A stretch of 62,702 bases of DNA, counting the filler, from Deltaproteobacteria bacterium (GTDB taxonomy: Bacteria > JAUYMQ01), in the NCBI GenBank assembly GCA_030698575.1. It is 13 parts of 13 records of this genome, joined end to end, with 100 filler letters (N's around TTAATTAATTAA, not from the genome) between each part and the next. Parts side by side here need not be neighbours in the genome. Positions count along the whole stretch, not along the records: positions 42,548 to 47,854 come from JAUYMQ010000606.1; positions 47,955 to 55,804 come from JAUYMQ010000539.1; 11 more parts are not named here. One strand, written 5' to 3'. The notes beneath the pieces were generated by a model that saw only the letters and a program-made list of their open reading frames with translations, did no database searches and had not been told where the DNA came from. Both the position numbers and the translations under genes were made by a program. Of this stretch, positions 45,061 to 53,880 are shown in pieces (positions within the stretch are counted from its first letter, which is position 1; each line of letters starts with the position of its first letter).

Positions 45061-46995
45061 ATGCCCCGGATCCTGGTCATCGACGACGACCTGAGCGCAC
45101 GGGAGTCGGCACGTCTCGTGCTGGCCGATCAAGCCACCGTGAGAACGGCTTCGTTCGACGATGACGTCCTCACGCAGATCGCTCGCGAGCCGGCGGACCT
45201 TCTGCTTGTCGGTCTCTCTACCCCGCTCGATCGGCCGCTGCGTGTTCTCCGGGAGGTTCTACTCGCGGATCCCAACGTGCGAGTGATGGTTCTCGTAGAG
45301 CGCGATCTCATGGCCGCCGCGCAGCGCATCTTCGACTACAGGGTCGAGGCGATCCTTCCAAAACCTTTTGATCCACATGCCCTTCGCCGGCGCGTCGGCG
45401 AGGTTTTCTCGGGGCACGACCGCATTCCAACGCTTCGCGAGTCGATGGAAGCCGCCGAATCCGAGGAGCACCACACCGGCCCGGATCTCGCCGTTCTGCT
45501 CCCCGCCGCCCTGCGTCCCTTCTTCGCCCGAAGCGCACAGAGCAACGGGCACGTCGTGATCGAGGGTGAACCGGGCACCGGGAAGAGCGCGCTGGCGCAT
45601 CGGCTCCACCTCGATAGCCCCTGGCGCAACTCGCCCTACGCCCGGGTGGACGCCTGGGCACTCACCGAGGCCCGGCTCGACGCCGTGCTCACGCGCCTGG
45701 CCACGAACGGCACTGAACGGGAGCACGTGGCAACGCTCTGCATCGAAGAGCTGGCGCTGCTCGCCCCCGAGATGCACCCGCTCCTCCGCGATCTCGCCGA
45801 GGGGAACTATCCGCCCGGCACGCATGCTCCCGTCCGGCGCATGACGCTTCGACTTCTCATCACCACGACCGAATCTCTTGCCGATCTCGCCGCGCGCGGC
45901 GCCCTGCCTCGCGAGCTTCGGGATGCCATCGCGGTACTCGTTCTCAGGCTTCCACCCCTCCGCTCTCGCAAAGGCGAACTGAGCGATCTGTGCGCCGTAA
46001 TCACGGATGAACTCGCGCGTCGCTACGCGCGGGAGCCCGTGCGGCTCTCGCAAGACGCGCTGGACAAACTGCACATCTACCTGTGGCCGGGGAACCTGCG
46101 TGAGTTGCGCACCGTCCTTGCCCGCGCGATAGCCCTCACCGACAACACCGAGGTGTCGGGCGACGCGGTCCACTTCATCGACGAGGTGCTGCCGTTCCCG
46201 GCCCCGCCGCTCGAACAGGCAGTGGAGGAAGGGCCCCCGACCGCTTCCGCTCAGACTGAAGAGCCCGCCCGGAATGCCCCGGCCGTGAACCATGAGCCCG
46301 ACTCGCCGACACCGGAAACAGCCCCCTGGGGGCTCCCGCCCCCCATGGAGCTGGTGGCCCAGCTCCTGGCGCATGAGGTGAAGAATCCCCTCGTCGCTAT
46401 CAAGACGTTCACCCAGCTCCTCCGAGACAAGTTCGACGACGCTGAGTTCCGCGACCGGTTCTATGAGATCGTGAGCGGGGACGTGGCGCGTATCGATTCG
46501 CTCGTCGAAGCGGCAACTGCCTATTCGCGGCTCGAGGCGCCCAGTCCCGAGCCCGTCGATATCGGCGTGCTCTTCGACGACGTGCTGAAGGAGTTCGAGC
46601 GGAGCTTTCTCGGCAAGCGCATCCTGGTGCTGCGCGAGGGTCTGGAGACCCGGCCCCGGGCGCTCGCTGATCCCGCGCAGCTTCGCTACGCAATCCGCTG
46701 CATCATCGCCAAGTCGGTTGATCTGATGCCCGAGGGTGCGGATCTCCAGATTGGATTCCAGACCGTCGCGGCCACTGCCGGGACCGGCTCACGCCTCGCG
46801 GCGACCCTGCGGATCGGCGGCGCCGAGGGCATGATGGCGGACATGGCCCCATTGGGCGAGCGGAAAGAGGGCCTGCCCGGAAACCTCGAGATGGCGCTTG
46901 CCCGGGAGGTTCTCATGCGGCAGGACGGGGCGCTCCGCATCGACATGGACGACCCGCGCGCCGCGGTCGTCACCATCGACCTGCCTGCGGCCTGA
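45061..46995 (+). CDS. Hybrid pseudo-receiver / degenerate sigma-54 AAA+ / HisKA / degenerate HATPase protein
   Basis: REC with D>G, GEPGTGKS, no GAFTGA, WPGNLREL, LAHEVKNPL, no N or G boxes. Confidence 0.8.
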   Translation: MPRILVIDDDLSARESARLVLADQATVRTASFDDDVLTQIAREPADLLLVGLSTPLDRPLRVLREVLLADPNVRVMVLVERDLMAAAQRIFDYRVEAILPKPFDPHALRRRVGEVFSGHDRIPTLRESMEAAESEEHHTGPDLAVLLPAALRPFFARSAQSNGHVVIEGEPGTGKSALAHRLHLDSPWRNSPYARVDAWALTEARLDAVLTRLATNGTEREHVATLCIEELALLAPEMHPLLRDLAEGNYPPGTHAPVRRMTLRLLITTTESLADLAARGALPRELRDAIAVLVLRLPPLRSRKGELSDLCAVITDELARRYAREPVRLSQDALDKLHIYLWPGNLRELRTVLARAIALTDNTEVSGDAVHFIDEVLPFPAPPLEQAVEEGPPTASAQTEEPARNAPAVNHEPDSPTPETAPWGLPPPMELVAQLLAHEVKNPLVAIKTFTQLLRDKFDDAEFRDRFYEIVSGDVARIDSLVEAATAYSRLEAPSPEPVDIGVLFDDVLKEFERSFLGKRILVLREGLETRPRALADPAQLRYAIRCIIAKSVDLMPEGADLQIGFQTVAATAGTGSRLAATLRIGGAEGMMADMAPLGERKEGLPGNLEMALAREVLMRQDGALRIDMDDPRAAVVTIDLPAA

Positions 46996-47101
46996 CGCGG
47001 GTGCGCGTCGAACTTTGTTGCCTTCATGATCTGCCGTGATATAATCCGCATCCCCTCCGCAAGATCCGCCGTCCACTAGCCACGGACAGACAAGCAACCA
47101 G

Positions 47102-47854
47102 ATGAACACAAAGATTCTTGTCATCGACGATGAGCCGAGTGTTCGCGAGTCGCTGAAAATGGCACTCAAGAACGACTTTCTCGTGATCGCGGCCGCCTCC
47201 GCGGAGGAGGGAATCAAGATCGTCGAGGAGGATCGGCCGGATCTCGTGCTGCTCGACGTGATCATGCCCGGGGTCGACGGCATCTCGGCGCTCGAGCGCA
47301 TCCGCGCCATCGATCAGCGCGTCCCCGTCCTCATGCTCACTGCCTCACAGACGCGCAATACCGCCTTCCAGGCCGGCCGGTTGGGCGCTTACGATTACAT
47401 CATGAAGCCTTTCGAGCTCGACGAGCTGCGGCAAAAGCTGGCGCGCGCGCTCGAAACCGTAGCCCTCAAGGCGGAGAATCAGGAGCTCCGCTCGGAGGTG
47501 AAACGGCGGTACCAGTTCGGGAACATCCTCGGGAAGAGCAAGGAGATGGAGCGGGTTTACCGGACGATCGAGCAAATCGCCGTTACGAAAACCACCATTC
47601 TCATCACGGGCGAGAGCGGGACCGGCAAGGAGATGGTGGCGAAGGCCGTGCACTACAATTCGCCCCGCAAGGACAAGCCCTTCGTGGCCATCAACTGCGC
47701 GGCAATCCCCGAAACGCTCATCGAGAGCGAGCTGTTCGGCCACGAACGAGGCGCGTTCACCGATGCCCGCGCCCGCCAGATCGGCAAGTTCGAAAACGCT
47801 GTGGGAGGGACCCTCTTCCTCGACGAGATCGGCGAGCTGTCGCTGACCCTGCAG
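47102..47854 (+). CDS. NtrC/AtoC-family sigma-54 response regulator (3'-truncated)
   Basis: Intact REC (DLVLLD, LTA, KPF), [28 protein letters not shown]. Confidence 0.9.
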
Positions 47855-48296
47855 NNNNNNNNNNNNNNNNNNNNNNNNNNNNNNNNNNNNNNNNNNNNTT
47901 AATTAATTAANNNNNNNNNNNNNNNNNNNNNNNNNNNNNNNNNNNNNNNNNNNNTCTACTCGTTCGCTCCGAAAATAGCCCAATACGTACCGGAAATACC
48001 GATTCAGCCTTTCGGTGTAAACATCACGTGCCCGAGACCCCGCGGAGTGGGCCGTAGCATGTTCAACTCGCCGACATGTCGGAGAGAATCAATAGAGAGC
48101 TTTGTTGCAAGGAGGGTTATCACTGGTGCTAATCTTCGGTACGAATCGGCATAATTTTCGAGCGAATCCTTGTACCGCGGGTCACGGGGCTTATACCCTC
48201 GCTGCCCCGTCCACCGCGGGACTGAAGATCAGTCCCAAGAGTCCTCAACGTGGCCTGTCAGGCCGATGCCGTGGCCAGTCTCACACGGGCACATCC

Positions 48297-48525
48297 TTAT
48301 AAGGTGAAGGACAGTTGGTACCGGAGGAGTCTCACCGAGGGCAGGACCCTGATCGCACGGACGACGCGCGGATCAAAGCTGGATGCAAACAGTATTCCGC
48401 GGACCTTGGTGGCGGACGTGGAGAGAGATCCGATCTACGCCAGGAGTTGGCCGAGGGCCGCATCCTTGGCCTTCCCCGCTTTGAACTCAGTCACCATGAG
48501 GACATTACCGGAATCTACTGGCAGC
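48297..48525 (-). pseudogene. Remnant of a NucS/DUF91-like PD-(D/E)XK nuclease
   Basis: VDSGNVLMVTEFKAGKAKDAALGQLLA*IGS...VRGILFASSFDPRV...LLRYQLSF, with a TAG at 48435-48437 where Tyr is expected. Confidence 0.5.
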
Positions 48526-48587
48526 GGAGCGACGCGCCCTGCGTCGGGGCGAATGAGCTGGACGCCCGGGATTGGGCACGGCGGCGG

Positions 48588-49349
48588 CTACACTTTCTCG
48601 CCGAGCCTGCCGAGCAGCCGCAGCAACCCGTCCAGGATCGTGAGGGGATGGGGTGGGTGGCCCGGGACGTACAGATCGACCGGAATGTCTCCGGGCACGC
48701 CGTCGAGGACGTCCGGGCTCCCGCGGTAGAGGCCGCCGGAGATCGCCTCGGTTCCCACCGCGATTACTATCTTCGGCGTGGGAATCGCCTCGTACGTCTT
48801 GCGAAGCGCCAGCGCCATGTTCCTGGAGACCGGACCCGTGACCACCATCCCATCCGCGTGCCGGGGCGACGCCACGAACTGGACGCCGAAGCGGGAGAGA
48901 TCGAAGACCACGTTGCCGAGCGCCGCGATCTCCGCCTCGCTCGCGCCGGCGCCTCCCGCGGACACCTGCCTGAGCCGGAGGGACCTCCCGAAGATCCGCC
49001 TCATCCCTTTTTCGAGACGCGCCACTCCGGGGATCTCGTTCCCCGTGATCACGAGCGATGCGCGCTCCGTCGACGCCAGCCGATGATCCCGAGTGTAGGT
49101 GATCGCGCCCTCCGGACACGCCTCCGTGCAGCCAGGGCAAAAGACGCAGCGGCCCAGGTCGATGCGCAGCGGATCGCGCGCGATGGCCCCGGTGGGGCAG
49201 GCCTCAACGCAGGCGTTGCAACCCGCCACACAGCGCTCCGGCGCGATAGCCGGCCTGCCGCGGAAACACTCGGGAAGAGCCTCCGCCGCGGCTTCGAGGT
49301 CGATCGTGCGCCTGCCCTGTCGCAGGCGGGTCCAGATCAGGCCCGGCAT
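48588..49349 (-). CDS. Ferredoxin fused to a NuoB/HyfI-like small subunit
   Basis: Two ferredoxin-type Cys clusters; FVASPRHADG..VTGPV; the NuoB-type Cys positions are substituted. Confidence 0.85.
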   Translation of the reverse strand: MPGLIWTRLRQGRRTIDLEAAAEALPECFRGRPAIAPERCVAGCNACVEACPTGAIARDPLRIDLGRCVFCPGCTEACPEGAITYTRDHRLASTERASLVITGNEIPGVARLEKGMRRIFGRSLRLRQVSAGGAGASEAEIAALGNVVFDLSRFGVQFVASPRHADGMVVTGPVSRNMALALRKTYEAIPTPKIVIAVGTEAISGGLYRGSPDVLDGVPGDIPVDLYVPGHPPHPLTILDGLLRLLGRLGEKV

Positions 49350-49359
49350 GGTTGGCGCC

Positions 49360-50856
49360 TCATCGATCGTGCCCTGCGTAGGAGAGGTTGAAACTCTTGT
49401 TGCAGAGGGGGAAGTCGGAAATCTGCCCCCCCCGCATGGCAACGGCCAGCGCGAACCAGTTGTGAAAGGACGGGTCCACCACGCGGTAAACCGCGAGGCT
49501 CCCCTCCGGGTCCGTGGCGGCCAGGTGCGCCGTCTCGCCGCGCCAGCCCTCCACGAGCGTGATCACCAGGGCGTCTGGCCGTAGTGGCCCCGGCGGCTCC
49601 AGGAGGGGGCCGCCCGGGAGCTGATCGATCTCCTCGGCAAGGAACGCGAGCGATCTGCTCGCTTCGAGCCGGCGAACCATCGCACGGGCCATCACGTCGC
49701 CTTCCCGGGCGGTGGTCACCGCGATGTGGGCGAACCGGTAGAGCCCCGAGGGGTGATCAGCGCGCGCGTCACGGCTGCATCCGCTTGCGCGCGCCGCCGG
49801 TCCGACGACGCCCAACAGATCCGCGTCCTGTCCGGAGAGGACCCCCGTGCGCTCGAAGCGCGAGAGCACGGAGGGTTCCGAGAAAGCGAGGTCGCACACC
49901 TCTTCGAGATCGCGGGTGGCGGCCCCGATCCGCCTCGCGAAGTCCGCACGGAGGCGATCGTCCAGATCGAATCGAACGCCCCCCGGCACGATCAGCCCGC
50001 GGCCGAGCCGGTTCCCGGACAGCTCGAGAAGCAGATTCAGGAAGTCCCCCCGGATGCGTCCGAGCCAGGCGGCACCCGGCAGGTACCCCACGTCGCCGCA
50101 GAGCGCGCCCAGATCGCCCGCGTGAGAGGCCAGGCGTTCCAGCTCCAGGGCCAGAGCTCTGATCGCTTGCGCCCGCGGCGGCGCCTCCACCCCCGAGAGC
50201 CCCTCGATAGCTTCAACGTGGGCGGTCGCGTGGGACACCGAAGCGTCGCCCGCGATGGACTCGGCGAGCGCGAGCCGCCGGGCGGGACTTGCGGAGACCA
50301 TGAGCGCCTCCACCCCCCGGCGCTGGTAGCCCAGGTGAATCTCGAGGTGAATCACTTCTTCGCCGGCGCACTGGAACCGGAAGTGACCCGGCTCGATGAT
50401 CCCCGCGTGCACTGGGCCCACCGCGACCTCGTGCACACCATCTCCCTCCACGCGGAAGAAAGTCCCGGTGGCGACGCCGGTCGCGCCCTCAGGGTCCTCA
50501 TGGCGAAGGAGCGGCTTGAGCCAGGGGTGCCCCGCGGGCCGCGGTCCTTGCTGCTCGAAGATCTCCCGCTCGAAGGCCTGCGCGCCGGGGATCACCGGCG
50601 TCAGGGACGTGAATTCCCCGTCCGCCGGCACCCGCGTCCGGTGGATCGCCAGCCGTCCTCTCCGGTCGAAGGATAGGATCGCGACGAGCGTGCGCGCGCC
50701 CGGCCCCTCGGGCCAGGCAAAGAGTCCAACCAAGCGACCGCCGCGTCCGTGCTCCCCGAGCACCGCCTCCCGCCACGCCGCAGGCGATGCAGACGTCACC
50801 TCCCCCATCGTCCAGGGCTGCCCCGCCCGGCCCGGCTCGGCCTTCACCGAGGTCAC
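49360..50856 (-). CDS. HyfG/HycE-like large subunit lacking Ni-binding motifs (Ehr type)
   Basis: VAVGPVHAGIIEPGHFRF; ESIAGD and DFPLCNKSFNLSYAG instead of CxxC. Confidence 0.85.
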   Translation of the reverse strand: MTSVKAEPGRAGQPWTMGEVTSASPAAWREAVLGEHGRGGRLVGLFAWPEGPGARTLVAILSFDRRGRLAIHRTRVPADGEFTSLTPVIPGAQAFEREIFEQQGPRPAGHPWLKPLLRHEDPEGATGVATGTFFRVEGDGVHEVAVGPVHAGIIEPGHFRFQCAGEEVIHLEIHLGYQRRGVEALMVSASPARRLALAESIAGDASVSHATAHVEAIEGLSGVEAPPRAQAIRALALELERLASHAGDLGALCGDVGYLPGAAWLGRIRGDFLNLLLELSGNRLGRGLIVPGGVRFDLDDRLRADFARRIGAATRDLEEVCDLAFSEPSVLSRFERTGVLSGQDADLLGVVGPAARASGCSRDARADHPSGLYRFAHIAVTTAREGDVMARAMVRRLEASRSLAFLAEEIDQLPGGPLLEPPGPLRPDALVITLVEGWRGETAHLAATDPEGSLAVYRVVDPSFHNWFALAVAMRGGQISDFPLCNKSFNLSYAGHDR

Positions 50857-52316
50857 GGTGAGCCTCCGAGCAACGCAGCCGCACTCCGCAGGATCGTGTC
50901 CAGGGAATGGGGCACGTGCAGGCCGAGCATCAGCACCAGCGCCAGGAGCGCCGCGGGCGGGCCCAGCGCGAGAAACCGATGCGCCGACGACCGCCGCCCC
51001 ATCACGACCGGGCAGTCCGCGTCTTCCCCCTGGAGCATCGGGAAGATCGCCCGGGCCATGGCCACGAAACCGATCCCGATCAGCGCGATGAACGCGGCGC
51101 CGATCCAGGGTGCGCTCCCCCGCATGGCATCGAGGAAGATCGTCAGCTCGCTCACGAAGAACCCGAAAGGCGGCGCCCCTCCCATCGCGAAGATCCCCAC
51201 TCCAAGGAGCGCGGCAGTGAGGGGTATGCGCCGCGCCGCGCCCCGGACCCCTGCCTGCGACGTCGTCCCGTAGGCCCGGAGCACGTTGCCGGACAGGAGA
51301 AAGAGCGCGCACTTCGCCAGCCCGTGGTTCACGAGCTGCAGCAGCCCCCCGTAAGTCGCCGCCCCCCCGATCCCAATCCCGACGGCGATGATCCCCATGT
51401 TCTCGACCGAGGAGTAAGCAAGCAGACGCTTGTAGTCCCGCTGTCCCCAGAGCGAGGCGGCCCCGAAGAACAGGGAGCTGAACCCGAGGACGAGCATCAT
51501 CCGGCCCGAAACGGCGGCATGCCCCGAAGCCGTGTCAATGGCGTAGAAGCGCAGGATCCCCAGCAGCGCGCAGTTCAGGAGCGCGCCGGATAGCAGCCCC
51601 GAGACCGGCGAGGGGGACTGCCCGTGGGCGTCCGGCAGCCAGGTGTGCAGCGGCGCGAGACCCATCTTGGTTCCGTACCCCACGAGGGCGAGCGCAAAGG
51701 CCGCCCGCAGCCACGCCGGATGCAGCGTGGGCGCGGCCTGGAGCAGCGCGTCGATGCCCAGACCGGGGCCCCGCCCGTCCGGCCCTGCGGCCGCCACGCC
51801 GAGGAAGAACGTCCCGAGGAGCGCGAGCGCGATCCCCACTGAACAGATGAGCAGGTACTTCCAGGCCGCCTCCAGAGATCCGGGACGCCGGTAGAAGTAG
51901 ATGAGCGGCGCACTGGCCAGCGTGGTCGCCTCTACGGAAGCCCAGAGAAGGCCGAGGTGACGGCTCAGGGCCACAAGGGACATCGCCGTCAGAAAGGCCA
52001 GCAGCAGTGGGACGTAACGCAGCGGGGACGAGGGCACGTCGTGCGTCCCCTCCGTCAGGTAGGGAATGCTGTAGAGAGCCGAGGCCAGGAAGATGATGGA
52101 CGCGAGCGTGAGAACGAGTAGCCCCAGCGCATCGAGCCCCAGCAGCGCGCCGGGGGTGGGCAGCGGAAGATGGAGCCAGAGGCTTCCCACCACGGCGACA
52201 TGTCCCAGCGCTGCGCCCAGGAGAAGCACGAGCTGGGCGCGAACGCTGCGGGAGAGCCACGCCGCGAAACCCGCGGCGGCGGGCAGCAGGACCAGGAGCG
52301 CGATCTGCGGGCTCAT
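50853..52316 (-). CDS. hyfF: HyfF-like antiporter-type membrane subunit
   Basis: EATTL, AAWKY, GYGTKMGLAPLHTWLPDAH, KRLLAYSS. Confidence 0.8.
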   Translation of the reverse strand: MSPQIALLVLLPAAAGFAAWLSRSVRAQLVLLLGAALGHVAVVGSLWLHLPLPTPGALLGLDALGLLVLTLASIIFLASALYSIPYLTEGTHDVPSSPLRYVPLLLAFLTAMSLVALSRHLGLLWASVEATTLASAPLIYFYRRPGSLEAAWKYLLICSVGIALALLGTFFLGVAAAGPDGRGPGLGIDALLQAAPTLHPAWLRAAFALALVGYGTKMGLAPLHTWLPDAHGQSPSPVSGLLSGALLNCALLGILRFYAIDTASGHAAVSGRMMLVLGFSSLFFGAASLWGQRDYKRLLAYSSVENMGIIAVGIGIGGAATYGGLLQLVNHGLAKCALFLLSGNVLRAYGTTSQAGVRGAARRIPLTAALLGVGIFAMGGAPPFGFFVSELTIFLDAMRGSAPWIGAAFIALIGIGFVAMARAIFPMLQGEDADCPVVMGRRSSAHRFLALGPPAALLALVLMLGLHVPHSLDTILRSAAALLGGSP

Positions 52317-52969
52317 TCGGGGAGGCTCCCCATCGCGTCCGTGTCCAGGTGATCGAACGTCCGGCTGATATGGTGAATCGCGATTCCCATGACGAACACG
52401 CCGACGAGGACGTCGAGCAGCACCGTGAGTTCGACGAGGACCGGCTGGGCCTGCGCCAGGGTGAGGCCGAAGACGAACACGCCGTTCTCGAGCGCCAGGT
52501 AGCCGACCACCTGAGTGATGGCCTTGCGGCGGCCGACCACGAGGAGAAATCCCAGTAGCACATTCGAGATCGCGGACGGCACCAGGAGATCCGATCCCAC
52601 GGGGAAGGGCAGCGTCATCTGCCTTCCCAGCCAGAAGGCCAGCCCAACCAGCGCCGCTGCAAGCAAAATGGACCCGTGCAGGCTGACCATGGGTTCCACT
52701 TCGCGCCGCACGCCCGCCTCGCGGATCGAACGCAGGAGCAGCCTCGGGATGGCCACCGCCTTGATGGCAATCGCCCCGCCGGAAAGCGTGATGACGTGCA
52801 AACTCAGGGGGACGATCCCGTGCGTCCACTCGAGCGCGATGGGGAGTATCCCGAGCACGATTCCCTGCAGGGCGCTGGCCCGCACACAAGCCTGCAGGCG
52901 GCTTGTCGAAACCATGTACAGGCCCACGAGGATCAGTAGCCCGAGCAGCAGATCGGGGATGTCGCTCAT
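52313..52969 (-). CDS. hyfE: HyfE-like membrane subunit
   Basis: QVVGYLALENG, VELTVLLD. Confidence 0.8.
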   Translation of the reverse strand: MSDIPDLLLGLLILVGLYMVSTSRLQACVRASALQGIVLGILPIALEWTHGIVPLSLHVITLSGGAIAIKAVAIPRLLLRSIREAGVRREVEPMVSLHGSILLAAALVGLAFWLGRQMTLPFPVGSDLLVPSAISNVLLGFLLVVGRRKAITQVVGYLALENGVFVFGLTLAQAQPVLVELTVLLDVLVGVFVMGIAIHHISRTFDHLDTDAMGSLPE

Positions 52970-53880
52970 GCCGCCCCCCGGGTGAACATCGTCGTGGCAA
53001 GGGCAACCGCGCCCAGCGCCGAGGCGCCGATGAGGAACTGCTTCACGCGCGGAAGCCTGAGCCGCGCCGTGACCGATTCGACGAGCCCCACTATGCAGGC
53101 CACCCCCAGCGCGCCCGCGGCCAGGGCCACGGGACGGCCGGCCAGGCCCGGCACGGCGACGGCAGCCAGCAGCGTGGAGGTGATGAAGAGCTTCACCGCC
53201 GAGGCATATTCGATCATCGCGAGATCGGGCCCCGAGTGATCCAGGACCATGACCTCGTGCACCATGGTCAGTTCGAGATGCGTGGCGGGATCGTCTATGG
53301 GGATGCGGGCGTTCTCGGCGAGCAGCACGGCGCTCAGCGCCGCCGCCGACAGAAGGATAGCTGGAAGGACGGCCCGCGGTGCGTCGAGTCCGCCCAGGAT
53401 CTCCGAGAGCGAAAGTTGCCCGGTGGTCACGGCCAGCGTGGCGAGCGCAAGGAACAGCGCCGGTTCCGCGAGCGCGCTGAAGGCCGCCTCGCGGCTCGCT
53501 CCCATGCCCTCGAAGCTGCTCCCCGTGTCCAGCGCCGCTGCCATCGTGAAGAAGCGGCCGAGCGCGAGCAGGTACGCGAAGAGGACCAGGTCGCCTTCGA
53601 AGGACATCGGCGCGCGCACCGAGGCCAGGGGGAGCAGAAGCCCGGCCGTGAACACGGAGGCCAGCGAGACGGCGGGCCCCGCCACGAAGACCCAGGTAAC
53701 CGTCCGGCTGTAGACGGCGCCCTTGCGGAGCAGCCGTGCGATATCCCGGTAGGGCTGCAACAGCGGCGGCCCCGTGCGGCCCGCCATCCACGCCTTGATC
53801 CGCCCGATCACGCCCATAAGGAGCGGCGGGAGCGTGACGAGCAGGAGGACATGGACCACGCCCGCGGCCAGCGAATTCAT
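52966..53880 (-). CDS. hyfC: HyfC/HycD (NuoH-like) membrane subunit
   Basis: GRTGPPLLQPYRD, GASRE, ENARIPIDDP.THLELTMVHE. Confidence 0.85.
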   Translation of the reverse strand: MNSLAAGVVHVLLLVTLPPLLMGVIGRIKAWMAGRTGPPLLQPYRDIARLLRKGAVYSRTVTWVFVAGPAVSLASVFTAGLLLPLASVRAPMSFEGDLVLFAYLLALGRFFTMAAALDTGSSFEGMGASREAAFSALAEPALFLALATLAVTTGQLSLSEILGGLDAPRAVLPAILLSAAALSAVLLAENARIPIDDPATHLELTMVHEVMVLDHSGPDLAMIEYASAVKLFITSTLLAAVAVPGLAGRPVALAAGALGVACIVGLVESVTARLRLPRVKQFLIGASALGAVALATTMFTRGAA

